Shown here: one piece after another, positions 41,781 to 54,143 of the stretch
Position numbering within the stretch: the first letter of the stretch is position 1
Layout of the letters: the number at the start of each line of letters is the position of its first letter
Assembly (NCBI GenBank): GCA_030019215.1
Contig: JASEEZ010000001.1
Location: 16,588-80,587, forward strand
Reading direction: 5' to 3'
DNA from: Actinomycetota bacterium
GTDB taxonomy: Bacteria; Actinomycetota; Aquicultoria; Subteraquimicrobiales; UBA9087
Length of the DNA: 64,000 bases
Program-made: the position numbers and the translations under genes
Notes under the pieces: model-generated
Told to the model about the DNA's origin: nothing
The model's input: the letters and a program-made list of their open reading frames with translations, nothing else
Database searches by the model: none

Positions 41781-43352
41781 TCAGCCGATGTTTCCTCTGA
41801 TGGCGAACGCTTGCAGGCCGAGCCTCCATCGATGACCCTTTGGGGTGTCCACATCATCAACCTCGACTCCCAATGCCGACAAAGCCACTCTAATCCTGTC
41901 AGCCTCCCGCCATCTCCTCTCACGACGAAGATTTCCCCGAAATATCAGAAGGGCTTCCACCATCGCAGAGATATTTTCCATGGGAAGAGTCCCCTTCCCG
42001 ATGGGCACGGAGAACCCAGTTAAAAGGGAACTCAACCCTTCCGACAGCCTCTTTAGCTGCTCGGGTAGAAGGAAGATTTCCGGAGAGGCAGTCAGACCGA
42101 GCTTTATCCCCAGAACATCGGTCAACTCTCCAAGAACAGTCTTCGCCTCCTTCAACACCAATTCTCTCTTTAGTCCCCGATCCAGGGAAATGTTGATCTT
42201 CCTTGCGAATTCGAAAGTCGCCCCCAGTGCAGAGGCAGTATTAAAATCATCGTCCATTGACTCCTCAAACCTCTTCCTGATAGTAAGGAGAGCTTCAGAG
42301 AGTGCTCCTTCCTCCGCCGAGTCGGTGGTGGCAGTGGTGGTCGTCTCCAAAATGTGCTCCAGGTTGAGAAAAGCAGTTTCCAGTCTTCCCAAAGCCTCAA
42401 TGGCCTCAGTGAGGGAATCCTCGCTAAAATCGATTGGGCTACGATAGTGGGTCGAGAGAAATAATATCCTCAAGGCGTTGCGCAGAACATTCGGATTGTA
42501 CTTATCGAAGAGGTCCTTGACCAGTATGACATTGCCAACCGATTTTGCCATCTTTTCTCCTCGGACGTTGACAAAACCGTTGTGGAGCCAATATCGGACG
42601 AATGGTTCGCTCCCAGCATACGCTTCCGATTGGGCAATCTCATTTTCATGGTGGGGAAAGATGAGGTCCTGCCCTCCGCCGTGGATATCAAAACCCATCC
42701 CCAGAAACTTGAGAGACATTGCAGAACACTCGATATGCCAACCCGGTCTTCCCTCGCCCCACGGACTTGGCCATTTCGGTTCCTCTGGCTTGGCTTTCTT
42801 CCAAAGAGCGAAATCCATCGGATGACGTTTTCGCTCGTCCACCTCAACCCGTTCGCCGGCCCGCATCTCCTCCAGAGTTCTTCCCGACAGCTTTCCGTAG
42901 CCGGGAAATTTTGTAACCTCGAAGAAGACGTCACCATCAACCTCGTAGGCGTACCCCTTATCCACCAGAACCTCAATCATCTGGATCATCTCCGGAATGA
43001 CCTCAGTCGCCTTGGGTTCAACCTGGGGCTTCTCAACACCGAGCCTCTTCATGTCCTCCCAGAAAGCCCGGGTGTACTTTTCGGCGATATTCTCAGAAGT
43101 GGTTTTCTCCTCCCGCGCCCGATTGATAATCTTGTCATCGATGTCGGTCAGGTTGCGCACGTAAGTCACCTTGTAGCCCCGATATTTCAGATAGCGATAG
43201 ATCGCATCAAAGGCAACATAGCACCTGGCGTTTCCGATGTGAATGTAGTTGTACACGGTGGGGCCGCAAACATACATGTAAATGCTGCCCGCCTCGCGGG
43301 GAATGAATTCTTCCTTCCGCTTCATCAGAGTATTATGAACCCTCGGTTCCAC
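41781..43352 (-). CDS. cysS: Cysteine--tRNA ligase
   Basis: [40 protein letters not shown]. Start GTG 43352. Confidence 0.97.
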   Translation of the reverse strand: MEPRVHNTLMKRKEEFIPREAGSIYMYVCGPTVYNYIHIGNARCYVAFDAIYRYLKYRGYKVTYVRNLTDIDDKIINRAREEKTTSENIAEKYTRAFWEDMKRLGVEKPQVEPKATEVIPEMIQMIEVLVDKGYAYEVDGDVFFEVTKFPGYGKLSGRTLEEMRAGERVEVDERKRHPMDFALWKKAKPEEPKWPSPWGEGRPGWHIECSAMSLKFLGMGFDIHGGGQDLIFPHHENEIAQSEAYAGSEPFVRYWLHNGFVNVRGEKMAKSVGNVILVKDLFDKYNPNVLRNALRILFLSTHYRSPIDFSEDSLTEAIEALGRLETAFLNLEHILETTTTATTDSAEEGALSEALLTIRKRFEESMDDDFNTASALGATFEFARKINISLDRGLKRELVLKEAKTVLGELTDVLGIKLGLTASPEIFLLPEQLKRLSEGLSSLLTGFSVPIGKGTLPMENISAMVEALLIFRGNLRRERRWREADRIRVALSALGVEVDDVDTPKGHRWRLGLQAFAIRGNIG

Positions 43353-43992
43353 CCTTCTTCTCCAACTCCTCCAACCTATGTTCCAGCTCATCAACGCGGC
43401 GGTGAAAGGAGTTAAACATCTCCGCCACCGGGTCGGGTATCTTCTCATGATGCAAGTCGATGGTGGGAATCTTCACACCTTCCCTTTTCACCACCCTCCC
43501 CGGAACTCCAACCACGGTGCTGTTCGGTGGAACAGGCCTGATGACCACAGCCCCCGAACCCACAACGGCGTTGTCACCCACGGTTATCGCGCCCAGAATG
43601 GTAGCATCCGCGGCAATGACCACATTATTGCCGATGGTGGGGTGACGCTTACCCTTCTCCTTCCCCGTTCCCCCCAGAGTAACCCCCTGGAAGAGAGTAA
43701 CACTGTCTCCAATCTCGGTAGTCTCACCGATGACTACACCCATGCCGTGATCGATGAAGAACCCCTGACCTATTCGGGCTCCTGGATGAATCTCTATTCC
43801 CGTGAGAAAGCGACTGATGTGAGAGATAAGCCTGGGAAGAATGCGCAACCCTCGAAGATAGAACCAATGGGCCACCCTATGGAAACAGATGGCGTGAAAG
43901 CCGGGGTAAGCCAGGATAACCTCAAGGGCACTGGTGGCCGCCGGGTCTCTATCTAAAGCCGCCTGAATATCCTTTCTCAGCTGACCAAACAA
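43333..43992 (-). CDS. cysE: Serine O-acetyltransferase
   Basis: [36 protein letters not shown]. Confidence 0.96.
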   Translation of the reverse strand: MFGQLRKDIQAALDRDPAATSALEVILAYPGFHAICFHRVAHWFYLRGLRILPRLISHISRFLTGIEIHPGARIGQGFFIDHGMGVVIGETTEIGDSVTLFQGVTLGGTGKEKGKRHPTIGNNVVIAADATILGAITVGDNAVVGSGAVVIRPVPPNSTVVGVPGRVVKREGVKIPTIDLHHEKIPDPVAEMFNSFHRRVDELEHRLEELEKKGGTEGS

Positions 43993-43993
43993 A

Positions 43994-44482
43994 TCAATTC
44001 CCCCCGTCCACTTTCTCCAGCAAGACCACGGAGTAAGCGGCAATGCCCTCTTTCCGACCGGTAAAGCCAAGGCCCTCGGTAGTTTTGGCCTTGATGCTCA
44101 CCCCCTCAACATCCATCGAGAGTACGGTGGCTATCTTTTCTCTCATTTCATCTCTGTAATCGCTCAACCAGGGTTCCTCTAAAACAACGACAGCGTCCGC
44201 ATTGACCACCCTGTAACCTCTCTCATCTAGGATCGCTTTCGTCTTTTCCAGTAGCTTCAAGCTGGAGATACCCTTGTAACGCTCCTCACCGGGGGGAAAA
44301 TACTGACCGATATCGCCCGCCGCAGCCGCACCCAGGAGGGCATCGATCAAAGCGTGCAAGATGACATCAGCATCCGAGTGCCCGGCCAACCCCAGAGGAT
44401 ACGGAATGGTCACCCCTCCCAGTACTAGGGGGCGACCGGGTGCAAATCTATGCGCGTCAAAGCCGATACCAACCCTCACCAT
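43994..44482 (-). CDS. ispF: 2-C-methyl-D-erythritol 2,4-cyclodiphosphate synthase
   Basis: [29 protein letters not shown]. Confidence 0.96.
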   Translation of the reverse strand: MVRVGIGFDAHRFAPGRPLVLGGVTIPYPLGLAGHSDADVILHALIDALLGAAAAGDIGQYFPPGEERYKGISSLKLLEKTKAILDERGYRVVNADAVVVLEEPWLSDYRDEMREKIATVLSMDVEGVSIKAKTTEGLGFTGRKEGIAAYSVVLLEKVDGGN

Positions 44483-44530
44483 TCCACCTTTGTCACGGGT
44501 CAAGGGACATGAGACATGGTCACTTTTCAC

Positions 44531-45268
44531 TCATGACCCCTGTCTCCTTTTGAGGATGACTTCCGCCACCAGTAAATCCTCGGGTACGGTTATCTTTATA
44601 TTTTCATAGGAGCCCATGATCACTCTCACTCTATAACCCAATCTCTCCAGGAGAACGGCGTCATCGGTGCCGTAAAAACCATCACCCCTGGCTCTCTCGT
44701 GAGCCTCTTCGAGGAGATGGCGTGGGAAAACCTGAGGAGTCTGGATGCACCACAGTTTCGAGCGATCGAGCGTTTGAACTATCCTCTCGCCCTCCACGAA
44801 CTTCACCGTATCCCTGACCGGCACCCCGAGCACAACCCCATCCCAGCCGCTCAAAGCCGAGATGGCCTCCTCTATCAGCCGAGGCAAGATGAGGGGACGC
44901 GCACCATCGTGTATGACCACGACCCCTGTATCTCTAGGTAACACCCGAAGACCGTTGCCGACGGAATCCTGTCTCTCCTCGCCTCCCACCGTGATCTCGG
45001 AAACCTTTGAGATATCATGTTCCTCGACCAGCCCCCGGCAAACCTCGATGTCCCCCTCGTTCACGATGACAACAATCTGATGAATGGAATCGCACCCCTG
45101 AAGCGCCCGGAGAGTGTGAGCCAAAAGGGGCTCGCCACAAAGGGAAAGGTATTGCTTACCCGTCCCGACCTCACTGAAACCCCACCGAGCGAGAGAGCTC
45201 GCCCCTGCCCTCATTCTTTGACCTTTCCCGGCAGCCACGATGAGAGCCGTATTCGAACCCTTAGACAC
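44531..45268 (-). CDS. ispD: 2-C-methyl-D-erythritol 4-phosphate cytidylyltransferase
   Basis: AAGKGQRM, GGEERQDSV, IHDGARP, QTPQVF, TDDA, NIKIT. Confidence 0.95.
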   Translation of the reverse strand: MSKGSNTALIVAAGKGQRMRAGASSLARWGFSEVGTGKQYLSLCGEPLLAHTLRALQGCDSIHQIVVIVNEGDIEVCRGLVEEHDISKVSEITVGGEERQDSVGNGLRVLPRDTGVVVIHDGARPLILPRLIEEAISALSGWDGVVLGVPVRDTVKFVEGERIVQTLDRSKLWCIQTPQVFPRHLLEEAHERARGDGFYGTDDAVLLERLGYRVRVIMGSYENIKITVPEDLLVAEVILKRRQGS

Positions 45269-46319
45269 TACTCTCCTCCGCCTCTTTAAGCTTGGCAAAG
45301 ATCATCCTTCCAGCGGAGGTCTGGAGAACACCGGTCACGGTCACCTGAACCTCTTTGCTCATATATCTCCTCCCCTCCTCGACCACGACCATGGTGCCAT
45401 CGTCCAGATAACCAACGCCCTGTCCTGCTTCCTTTCCTCCCCTGACAATTCGGATGCTCATCTCTTCCCCCGCCATAAAGGTGGGCTTGAGGGCATTCGC
45501 CAACTCGTTGATATTGAGCACGCGAACCCCTTGAAACTCCGCCACCTTGTTCAAGTTGTAGTCGGTGGTAAGGATCGTAGCATTCATCTCCTTGGCCAGT
45601 TGGACTAATTTCGCATCGACGTCGACCGGTTTTGGGAAGTCCCTTTCCAGAATTTGAACCTCTATTTTGGGCTCCCTCTGGAGGACACCGAGAACATCTA
45701 AGCCTCGGCGACCGCGACTCCTCTTAAGAAAATCATCGGAATCAGCGACGGTGTGGAGCTCCCTCAGAACAAAACGTGGAACATTCAATCTCCCCTCCAG
45801 AAAGCCCGTCTTGCAAATATCCGCGATCCTCCCATCGATGATGACACTGGTATCCAATATCCTTTCCAAAAGGGAAGAGGGGGGCTTAAATTTTTTGAAG
45901 CCGAAGAGCCGAAATATCCCTTTGAAATCCTCCTTCCTGCGCAGAGAAAGGCGGATGCCCAGGTAACCCAAGACAACGTAAGCGAGAACAACCACATAAG
46001 GACCGGCAAAGGGAATGGCTTTAAGGGGAAGAAAAATCAAGGTGGCCAGGAGAAGACCAATGACCAAACCAGCGAGACCAATCACCAAATCGAGCCCCGG
46101 GATTCTTTGAACCTTGGCCTCGATCCAATTAAAGATTTTAACTAACCTTCGGCCGACTATACCTCCCAGAACATACCCTAATCCGGAGCCGATTATTATA
46201 TAAAGTATAATTCCGATGACCTTGGGACCTGGAATAGGAGGTCTGAGGAGGTGAGTTAACCTATAGCCACCGATTATACCCGCGATAACAAAGATCAAGC
46301 GGACTATCTCGACTATCAT
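45261..46319 (-). CDS. PIN/TRAM membrane protein (YacL family)
   Basis: 4 TM helices, LDTSVIIDGRI, RGRRGLD, TTDYNLNKVA, GYLDDGTMVVVE, LQTSAGRMIFA. Confidence 0.93.
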   Translation of the reverse strand: MIVEIVRLIFVIAGIIGGYRLTHLLRPPIPGPKVIGIILYIIIGSGLGYVLGGIVGRRLVKIFNWIEAKVQRIPGLDLVIGLAGLVIGLLLATLIFLPLKAIPFAGPYVVVLAYVVLGYLGIRLSLRRKEDFKGIFRLFGFKKFKPPSSLLERILDTSVIIDGRIADICKTGFLEGRLNVPRFVLRELHTVADSDDFLKRSRGRRGLDVLGVLQREPKIEVQILERDFPKPVDVDAKLVQLAKEMNATILTTDYNLNKVAEFQGVRVLNINELANALKPTFMAGEEMSIRIVRGGKEAGQGVGYLDDGTMVVVEEGRRYMSKEVQVTVTGVLQTSAGRMIFAKLKEAEESSV

Positions 46320-46356
46320 CACCAACACCTCTCATATATTAAAATCGCTTAAAATT

Positions 46357-46857
46357 TTAGTTTGGCACCACCTCCCCACCACAGTTAAAAATCCTGTCCA
46401 TCATCGAACAAACCTCCTTTTCATCGACATCCAAAACCAGGGCCAGCTCCCCGGCAAGAATCTCCCTCGCCCTGCTCAGCATCCTCTTCTCCCCGGCGGA
46501 TAAACCCACTCCTACGTCCCTGACAGATAAATTTCTCACCACTTCGGCAACTTTAAAAGCATCCCCGCTTCTGATCTTCACTTTATTCTCTTTGAACCGT
46601 TTGTTCCAATCCTCAGACATGTCGGACATACCCTCAGCTAGAAGCATCAATATCCTCTGAGCCTCCTTCGAGGAGATGACCCTCCTCAATCCGACATCCT
46701 CCAAGCTACCCAGAGGTATCTCTATCTTCAATTGCTCATGAGGAAAGTATAGGGTATAGTACTTTTTCTTCTCCCCCAGAACTTCCTTCTCTGCAACTCC
46801 CTCCACGACACCCACACCGTGATTCGGGTAAACAACCGGTTCTCCGACGTCAAACAC
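46357..46857 (-). CDS. carD: CarD-family transcription factor
   Basis: VVYPNHGVG, GLRRVI, WNKRF, AEVVRNL, LSAGEKRML. Confidence 0.93.
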   Translation of the reverse strand: MFDVGEPVVYPNHGVGVVEGVAEKEVLGEKKKYYTLYFPHEQLKIEIPLGSLEDVGLRRVISSKEAQRILMLLAEGMSDMSEDWNKRFKENKVKIRSGDAFKVAEVVRNLSVRDVGVGLSAGEKRMLSRAREILAGELALVLDVDEKEVCSMMDRIFNCGGEVVPN

Positions 46858-46875
46858 CTTAAACCTCCTTTGTCA

Positions 46876-46946
46876 ATCTTAGCATAGCTGGGAGATGTGG
46901 TCAAAATAGCGCTTTCTTGACAAGGAAATTAAGGAAAATTTATAAT
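46876..46946. promoter_or_regulatory. Divergent sigma-70-type promoters
   Basis: Minus strand TTGACC-N17-TAAGAT (46876-46904) for carD; plus strand TTGACA-N18-TATAAT (46917-46946). Confidence 0.7.
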
Positions 46947-46994
46947 GAGCTTAATTTATGCTAGTGGTCTTCGCACCCACAAGGAGGTAAAAGG

Positions 46995-47390
46995 ATGACG
47001 CAAAACTGCTGCCAAAAATTTCAGCAAACGGTCTCCGACTACCTGGTAAGACACCGCAGCATTCTGGATGTAATGTCGAAGCTACAGGAATCAAGTGCCC
47101 ACGTCAACAGAGCTATAGCCAAAGCGGTTACCACCTGCGGATGTCTGAAGATCGAAGCCCGAAAACAACCAGTCCCCTCCGATGCCGCCCTCGCGGAAAT
47201 CTCCCAGTACACTCAAACTCACCTTGAAGGAAAACTGTGTCCAAACTGCTTCGAAGTTGTGGAAGAAGAAGTGGGGAATGTACTCTTCTATGTGGCAGCC
47301 ATGTGCGAACTGTTGAATTTGGACCTCGAGAAGGTAATCGCTAGTGAGAACGAACGAATCTCCACACTTGGTCTTTACAGCCTCACCTGA
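46995..47390 (+). CDS. Conserved Cys-containing helical protein (MazG/NTP-pyrophosphohydrolase-like fold suspected)
   Basis: RHRSILD..SK.QES...NRA..KAVT.CGC...LCxxC...EEEVG..LFY; RBS AAGGAGG. Confidence 0.7.
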   Translation: MTQNCCQKFQQTVSDYLVRHRSILDVMSKLQESSAHVNRAIAKAVTTCGCLKIEARKQPVPSDAALAEISQYTQTHLEGKLCPNCFEVVEEEVGNVLFYVAAMCELLNLDLEKVIASENERISTLGLYSLT

Positions 47391-47464
47391 TCTTCAACTA
47401 ACCCCTACAGGGTGGGAGACCCTCCACCGTATCCACTAACCGGTGGCTCTTTTCTCCTGATCCT

Positions 47465-48529
47465 CTAGACGTATCGTTCCAGGAAGCTATGCTCCTTGAT
47501 CCGCTTCAAACCTTCCCAAATGGCTTTGGCTCTCACCGCTCCCACGCCCTCCACAACATCCAGATCCTCGATGCTCGCTTGAAGGATGCCCTGCAAATTT
47601 CCGAATTTAGAAACGATCCTCTTCGCGACCTTAATTGGAAGGCGCGGTATCTTTCTCAACAATCGGTAGCCCCTTGGGTGAACGGAAAGATCAAGAATAC
47701 CGGGATCCCCCTCATAACCCAGGATCCGACATATCTTCAAAAAATCCAGAAGATCCTCTGAAGACAATTTGGCCAACTCAGACTTGGCCCTTTCAGCCCG
47801 CTTATTCAGACAATAATCCCCGACAGCCATGAGTGTATCCTCTCTCACACCAGCCATGAGCTCTTCCATCTGCATTTCAATCAACCTACCCTCCGCTCCC
47901 AGCTCGTTGATGTATCGCTCGATCTCCCCGGCAACCCTTTCCACCATCTCTGAACGCTGCAGAAGGTTGGCCACGTCCTGAAGAGTAACCAGGTCCTCAA
48001 GCTCCAGGGTGTTCAGATTCGTAAAAACCTGATCCAGACGGATTTTGTACCTCTCGAGAGTCTGAAGGGCCTGATTGGCCTTGGCCAAAATCACCCTGAT
48101 GTCTGCCAGCACGTACTTCATGTCGTCTATGTAAAGGGACACAACGTCACGACGTTGGGAGATGGAGATGACCAGGGCCTTCGTTTGCTTGGCTACGCGC
48201 TCGGCGGTGCGGTGTCGCATCCCGGTCTCGCTGGTGGGAAGGGAAGAATCCGGTACCAGATGAACATTAGCCCTCAAGATGCGAGTCATGTCCTCATCCA
48301 TGATGATGGCTCCATCCATCTTAGCCAGCTCAAAGAGTTTTTGGGCAATGAATTCGCAACCCAGCTCAAACCCCCCATCGCAAAGAGGTATCACATTCTT
48401 CGTATCACCGACGACGATCAGCGCTCCCGTTCGAGCACTGATGATGCGCTCAAGCGCCTCTCTCAACCCCGTACCGGGAGCTACCTTCTTTAAAGCATTC
48501 ACCAGTCTCTGCTCGAGCCGAGCCCCCAC
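47465..48529 (-). CDS. disA: DNA integrity scanning diadenylate cyclase DisA
   Basis: APGT.LR, ELAKMDGA, ETGMRHRTAER, C-terminal HhH (VEGVG). Confidence 0.96.
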   Translation of the reverse strand: MGARLEQRLVNALKKVAPGTGLREALERIISARTGALIVVGDTKNVIPLCDGGFELGCEFIAQKLFELAKMDGAIIMDEDMTRILRANVHLVPDSSLPTSETGMRHRTAERVAKQTKALVISISQRRDVVSLYIDDMKYVLADIRVILAKANQALQTLERYKIRLDQVFTNLNTLELEDLVTLQDVANLLQRSEMVERVAGEIERYINELGAEGRLIEMQMEELMAGVREDTLMAVGDYCLNKRAERAKSELAKLSSEDLLDFLKICRILGYEGDPGILDLSVHPRGYRLLRKIPRLPIKVAKRIVSKFGNLQGILQASIEDLDVVEGVGAVRAKAIWEGLKRIKEHSFLERYV

Positions 48530-49915
48530 CTATGAATCCCCTCTAGTCTCAAAAACTCTTAGGGCTTCTTTCAGGGTTCCGATGGCCAGAGTCTCAATCG
48601 GTGGGAGTTCCCCCATCACACCAGCGGGACCTGCTTGCCGGTAAGCGGGCATGACAACCTTTTTAAAGCCCAGTTTGGCAATTTCCCTCAACCTCATTTC
48701 AACCTGGCTCACAAACCTGGCTTCCCCGGCCAGTCCAATCTCGCCAAAAGCGACCAAGCCCCCCGGCAGCGGCGAGTCTTTGTAAGCTGAGATCAGAGCC
48801 AGAGCCATGCCCAAATCCGCCGCCGGCTCGGTCACCCGTACCCCGCCAGCCACATTCACATGAACATCCCAATTGTCCATTCGAAAACCCAATCTCCTCT
48901 CCAGAACGGCTAATACCATGGAGAGCCGATTGTAATCCAAACCGGATACGAACCTCCGCGGAATCGCCAGGTGGGATTGGGTCACCAACGCCTGCAACTC
49001 CACACAGAGCGGTCGAGTTCCTTCCACCGTCGCCACCACCACGGAACCGGGAACCTCTGGAGACCTCTGAGCCAAAAACATAACAGATGGATCCTCGACC
49101 CCCTCCAATCCCTTGGCCTTCATCTCAAAAACACCGATTTCATTTGTCGATCCGTAACGATTCTTGACAGATCGAATGATCCGGTAGGAAAGATGTTTAT
49201 CACCCTCAAAGTAGAGAACGGTATCGACGATGTGCTCTAAGACCCGGGGGCCAGCGATCGATCCCTCCTTGGTCACATGACCCGCGATAAAGAGGGGAGC
49301 ACCCCGCCTCTTGGCCAAACGCATGAGCGAACTGGTGCTCTCCCTTACCTGGCTGACGCTCCCCGGGGCCGAGGATATATCCGGACAGAACATTGTCTGA
49401 ATGGAATCGATGACCACGAGAGCCGGATTCAGCTCCTGGATTTGGCTTTGAACCACTTCCACATCGTTCTCGGCAAGGATGAAGAGATCGTCGGAGAGCG
49501 CACCCAATCTATCCGCCCTCATTCGGATTTGACCGGTGGACTCCTCACCGGAGACCAACAGGACTCGCCCCACCGACCTGGCAATATTGCTTGAAACTTG
49601 GAGTAGAAGAGTGGATTTGCCTATCCCGGGTTCTCCCCCGATCAAAATGAGGGAACCAGGAACAATCCCTCCGCCCAGGACTCTATCCAATTCCGAAATT
49701 TGGGTGGGGTAGCGCTTTTGAGAGACGGTGGGGACGACCGTAATCTTCTGCGGCATCTGTGGTGGGAGCTTCCATCTGGGAGCAAGGGAGGATTTTCCCT
49801 CCATCGGCTCCTCGACCATAGTATTCCATTGCCCACAGTCGGGGCATTTTCCCATCCACTTTGGGGAAAGATAACCACACTCCTGACATCTGACCACGTA
49901 CCTCGTTTTGCTCAT
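48530..49915 (-). CDS. radA: DNA repair protein RadA/Sms
   Basis: C4 zinc finger, [22 protein letters not shown]. Confidence 0.97.
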   Translation of the reverse strand: MSKTRYVVRCQECGYLSPKWMGKCPDCGQWNTMVEEPMEGKSSLAPRWKLPPQMPQKITVVPTVSQKRYPTQISELDRVLGGGIVPGSLILIGGEPGIGKSTLLLQVSSNIARSVGRVLLVSGEESTGQIRMRADRLGALSDDLFILAENDVEVVQSQIQELNPALVVIDSIQTMFCPDISSAPGSVSQVRESTSSLMRLAKRRGAPLFIAGHVTKEGSIAGPRVLEHIVDTVLYFEGDKHLSYRIIRSVKNRYGSTNEIGVFEMKAKGLEGVEDPSVMFLAQRSPEVPGSVVVATVEGTRPLCVELQALVTQSHLAIPRRFVSGLDYNRLSMVLAVLERRLGFRMDNWDVHVNVAGGVRVTEPAADLGMALALISAYKDSPLPGGLVAFGEIGLAGEARFVSQVEMRLREIAKLGFKKVVMPAYRQAGPAGVMGELPPIETLAIGTLKEALRVFETRGDS

Positions 49916-52380
49916 GCCTCACTCTCGCCCGCAGGAGTAGTTACTTTCTCACCTTCTTTGAGGCGGAAATCGATCTTCTTTCTTTTCACATCCATCACTA
50001 TCTTCTGGCCGGAGGTAAATCGCCCGGCCAGGAGGGCCTCCGAAAGCGGATCTTCCACCAATCGCTGAATGGCTCTTCTCAAAGGTCGAGCCCCAAGGGT
50101 GGGGTCATATCCCTCTTCCGCCAGAAACTCCCTGGCGGCATCCGAGAGTTCAATCTCTATGCCCTGCTCTTCAAGCCGAGCTCGCAAGCGCTGGAACATG
50201 AGGTCGACTATGGTTTTGATCTCCTCTCTGGTCAACTGCCTGAAGACTATCACGTCATCCACCCGGTTCAAGAATTCGGGGCGGAAGGTTCGCTTGAGCT
50301 CACCGATGAATTTCTCCTTCATATCATTGTAAGAGAGAGTCTCCCCGGTCTCCTTGGTAAAACCAAGGGGTGTGGCCTTCCGTATGTACTGAGCACCAAC
50401 ATTCGAGGTCATAATAGCGATGGTGTTCTTGAAATCGACGGTGTGCCCCTGAGCATCGGTTAACCGTCCATCCTCCAAAATTTGCAGCAAGATGTTAAAA
50501 ACATCGGGATGAGCCTTCTCTATCTCGTCAAAGAGGACCACGGAATATGGTCTCCTTCTCACCGCCTCGGTGAGCTGCCCCCCCTCCTCGTGTCCAACAT
50601 AACCCGGAGGCGAACCAATCAAGCGAGAGACCGTGTGCTTCTCCATATATTCGGACATATCTATTTGAATGAGCGCATCCTCGTCTCCGAAGAGATACTC
50701 GGCCAGGGTGCGAGCGAGCTCGGTCTTTCCCACACCCGAGGGACCGAGAAAGATGAAAGAACCGGTTGGACGTTTGGGATCCTTCAAGCCAGCGCGGGTT
50801 CTCCTGATGGCACTGGAGACGGCCTTGACGGCTTCATTCTGGCTCACGACCCGCTTGTGAAGAGCCTTTTCCATACGCAGGAGCTTGGCCGTCTCCTCCT
50901 CGGTCAGTCTGACGATGGGAATACCCGTCCAGGTGGAGACGATCTGGGCGATCTCGTCCTCCGTGACCTTCATCCGATGCCTCTTCTCAGGAGCTTTCCA
51001 GCTCTCCTCCACAGACTTCTTCTCAAGAAGGAGACCTCTCTCCTTGTCCCTCAAGCCCGCAGCTCTCTCAAACTCTTGCGCCTCGATGGCGGCTTCCTTC
51101 TCCCGCCGAACGGCCTGCAGTTTTTCCTCCAAATCCTTTAGATCGGGGGGAGCGGTCATGCTCCTTATCCTCACCCTTGAGGCAGCCTCATCCACCAGAT
51201 CTATGGCCTTGTCCGGAAGGAACCTATCGGATATGTAGCGATCAGCCAAGTTAGAAGCGGTGATAATCGCCTCGTCGGTTATGGTAACCTTATGATGAGC
51301 CTCGTAGCGATCTCGCAGCCCCTTCAAGATATCGATGGTCTGGGAAACCGTCGGCTCATCCACCAAGATTGGTTGAAATCTCCTCTCCAGAGCGGCATCC
51401 TTCTCCACATACTTGCGATACTCATCCAGAGTGGTGGCACCGATCGTCTGAAGCTCTCCCCTAGACAGGGCCGGTTTGAGGATACTCGCCGCATCGATGG
51501 CCCCCTCCGCCGCTCCAGCTCCGACGAGATTATGCATCTCATCGACAAAGAGAATGATGTCGCCTCGCCCTCCTATCTCCTTCATCACCTTTTTTAGTCG
51601 TTCTTCAAACTCCCCTCTGTACTTGGAGCCGGCAACCAGAGCTCCCAGATCAAGGGTGTAAATCTGCTTATTCTTCAGAAGTTCGGGGATCTCCCCCACG
51701 GCTATCCGCTGGGCCAGGCCCTCGACGACAGCGGTCTTACCCACGCCTGGTTCGCCGATAAGCACGGGATTGTTCTTAGTGCGACGAGAGAGTATCTGCA
51801 TCACCCGCTCGATCTCCTTCTCCCTGCCGATGACCGGATCGAGCTTACCTTCGTGAGCCAACCTGGTCAGATTCCTCCCGAACTCGTCCAAAAGAGCGCC
51901 CTGCGTCTTAGCTTTCCTCTTTTCCCCCGAGCTCTTGCCGGAGTAGCTGCCGCCCAGTAGCTGAACAACCTGACCCCTGACTGTTTCCAAATCCGCCCCC
52001 AGGTTTGATAGGACGCGAGCGGCCACGCCCTCCCCCTCCCTGAGCAATCCCAAGAGGATGTGTTCCGTGCCAATGTAATTATGGCCAAGCTGTAGAGCCT
52101 CCCTCAGGGAGAGTTCAAAAACCTTCCTCGCCCGTGGGGTAAAGGGAATGTGTCCAACAGTCTGAGTGGTACCTTTACCAACAATGTCCTCAACCTGAGA
52201 ACGTACATCATCCAAGCTGATATTCAGGCTCTCCAAAACCTTGGCGGCCACTCCCTCTTCCTCCCGGATGAGACCGAGAAGCAAATGCTCCGTCCCCAGA
52301 TAGTTGTGGTTGAGCATGTGGGCTTCCTCTTGCGCATAGACCACCACCCGCCGTGCTCTTTCGGTGAATCGCTCAAACAT
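49912..52380 (-). CDS. clpC: ATP-dependent Clp protease ATPase ClpC
   Basis: Clp-N repeats, [11 protein letters not shown] domain, GPSGVGKT, two AAA+ modules. Confidence 0.98.
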   Translation of the reverse strand: MFERFTERARRVVVYAQEEAHMLNHNYLGTEHLLLGLIREEEGVAAKVLESLNISLDDVRSQVEDIVGKGTTQTVGHIPFTPRARKVFELSLREALQLGHNYIGTEHILLGLLREGEGVAARVLSNLGADLETVRGQVVQLLGGSYSGKSSGEKRKAKTQGALLDEFGRNLTRLAHEGKLDPVIGREKEIERVMQILSRRTKNNPVLIGEPGVGKTAVVEGLAQRIAVGEIPELLKNKQIYTLDLGALVAGSKYRGEFEERLKKVMKEIGGRGDIILFVDEMHNLVGAGAAEGAIDAASILKPALSRGELQTIGATTLDEYRKYVEKDAALERRFQPILVDEPTVSQTIDILKGLRDRYEAHHKVTITDEAIITASNLADRYISDRFLPDKAIDLVDEAASRVRIRSMTAPPDLKDLEEKLQAVRREKEAAIEAQEFERAAGLRDKERGLLLEKKSVEESWKAPEKRHRMKVTEDEIAQIVSTWTGIPIVRLTEEETAKLLRMEKALHKRVVSQNEAVKAVSSAIRRTRAGLKDPKRPTGSFIFLGPSGVGKTELARTLAEYLFGDEDALIQIDMSEYMEKHTVSRLIGSPPGYVGHEEGGQLTEAVRRRPYSVVLFDEIEKAHPDVFNILLQILEDGRLTDAQGHTVDFKNTIAIMTSNVGAQYIRKATPLGFTKETGETLSYNDMKEKFIGELKRTFRPEFLNRVDDVIVFRQLTREEIKTIVDLMFQRLRARLEEQGIEIELSDAAREFLAEEGYDPTLGARPLRRAIQRLVEDPLSEALLAGRFTSGQKIVMDVKRKKIDFRLKEGEKVTTPAGESEA

Positions 52381-52436
52381 CTACCTTCCTCCGATTAGAT
52401 ATTGCAACTTAATTGTCGCCCGTGAAATAGTCCCTG

Positions 52437-53495
52437 TCAACCACCCTGAAGATTCAACCTCTCCTTGATCAGACTGGCTCGAGCAATATCCTGCTCCTCT
52501 TCGGGGAGGCTCTTCTTGATAAAATTCTGTAGATGAGCCGGCCTGACGCGAAACATCAACTCGTTCAGATCGATCCCATCAAAGGGTGGCAAAAGACCCG
52601 TTTCCACGCCCAATCTCAAGGTGGACAGCAGCTCGATGGCTTCCTCAAAGGAGACTTTCTTGGCATAACTCAAAGTACCCAACGCCCTATAGACCCTATC
52701 CAGGAACTCCATCTCATCCTCTCTGAGCAAGGTCTTTCGGGCCTTCTCCTCCTCCTTCACCACTTCCCTGCACACCTCACTCAGCTCGGTGATTATCTCT
52801 TCTTCCGATTCACCCAGGGTTACCTGATTTGAGATCTGGTAGAGATTGCCCAAAGCACGCGATCCCTCTCCAAAGAGACCACGCACAGCCGTTCCCCCTT
52901 CGGAGAGAAAATCAACCACTTCTCTCATCCGCTTGGTCATAACCAACCCCGGCAAATGCATCATCACCGAGGCCCTCATGGCGGTCCCCACATTCGTCGG
53001 ACAAGCGGTGAGGTAACCCCAATTCTCCAGGAAGGCAAAATCCAGATGTAGACTCAAGCGCTCATCGATCTCGTCCACCATCCGCCTGGTCTCAAGGAGC
53101 TGAAGCCCGGGCAGAAGAGATTGGATTCGGAGGTGATCCTCTTCGTTTACCATTATGCTTACCCGTCCATCACGAGAGAGCACCACGGCCCGCCCCTTGC
53201 CCCCAGCGCTAAAATCCGGGCTGATGAGATGCTCCTCCAATAGCATCAGCCTATCCAGGAAGGGGAGCTCTTCCAAGGAAATAAAGGTAAACTTCTTTAA
53301 AGCCGGGTCGTTGATCACAACATCCCTGATTAAACTGCTTATCTCCGCTAGTTGTTTCTCATCAGCGTGGTGAGGAAAGAAAAAATCCTTTAAATTTCTG
53401 GCCAATCGCATCCGGCTACTGATAACGATGGGGGACCATGGTCCTCTCTCCTTCAACCAATTACCGAGCTTGACCTTCAATCGGCTGTTGAGCAT
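52437..53495 (-). CDS. mcsB: Protein arginine kinase McsB
   Basis: SSRMRLARN, NEEDHLR, GYLTACPTNVGT, YQISNQVTLG. Confidence 0.93.
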   Translation of the reverse strand: MLNSRLKVKLGNWLKERGPWSPIVISSRMRLARNLKDFFFPHHADEKQLAEISSLIRDVVINDPALKKFTFISLEELPFLDRLMLLEEHLISPDFSAGGKGRAVVLSRDGRVSIMVNEEDHLRIQSLLPGLQLLETRRMVDEIDERLSLHLDFAFLENWGYLTACPTNVGTAMRASVMMHLPGLVMTKRMREVVDFLSEGGTAVRGLFGEGSRALGNLYQISNQVTLGESEEEIITELSEVCREVVKEEEKARKTLLREDEMEFLDRVYRALGTLSYAKKVSFEEAIELLSTLRLGVETGLLPPFDGIDLNELMFRVRPAHLQNFIKKSLPEEEQDIARASLIKERLNLQGG

Positions 53496-53512
53496 CCTTC
53501 CCCCTAAAGATT

Positions 53513-54058
53513 TCATTCCCCTTTCAGAGAAGCAGCAAGCTTGCCTTCCAGATCTTTGATCCGATCCCTGATCTCGGCAGCCTTTTCGTATTCCTCTCTC
53601 TTGACAAGTTCCTCTAACCGGCGACGGAGGGTTCGGATCTCAAGCCTGGTCTTCATCTGCCCCTCGGCTCGCCGAGGAACCTTCCCGGCATACTGGCAAC
53701 TGCCGTGAATCTTCTCCAAAATGGGTATCAACCTGGCTCTGAACACCTCGTAGCATTCACCGCAACCAAGCTTTCCGCTCTCCCTGATATCGCTGAAGGT
53801 GGTACCGCAGGTGGAACAGGAGAGTGTGCTCTCGCCCTCAAACAGACTCTCCTTGAAGAGCTTGGCAAAACTCTGAGGATCCTCTAGATCAAGAACGTCC
53901 GCCAGTAATTTCGGGAAAGTAAAGAAAAAGTTCAACGAGGACTCGCCAGCCAGCCTTCGGGTGCACTCCTCGCAGAGGTGAAGCTCGGTCGTCTCATCAT
54001 CCATGATTTTGGTCAAATGAACGGTGGCCAAATCCTTGTGACATTCATCGCAAAGCAT
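53513..54058 (-). CDS. mcsA: McsB activator McsA
   Basis: Four CxxC motifs, GKLGC..CY, UVR domain EEYEKAAEIRD. Confidence 0.93.
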   Translation of the reverse strand: MLCDECHKDLATVHLTKIMDDETTELHLCEECTRRLAGESSLNFFFTFPKLLADVLDLEDPQSFAKLFKESLFEGESTLSCSTCGTTFSDIRESGKLGCGECYEVFRARLIPILEKIHGSCQYAGKVPRRAEGQMKTRLEIRTLRRRLEELVKREEYEKAAEIRDRIKDLEGKLAASLKGE

Positions 54059-54143
54059 AATTTTTCCTCTCCGAAGACAACCTTATTTTATCACGATGGT
54101 GGGCCTCAAACCAACACTCCAGGATGGATACTTAAGCGAGGAA

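Noticed and set aside
41950..42110. Extra segment in the CysRS C-terminal region
   Set aside because: This linker varies in length among CysRS enzymes, and I saw no repeat or intein signature.
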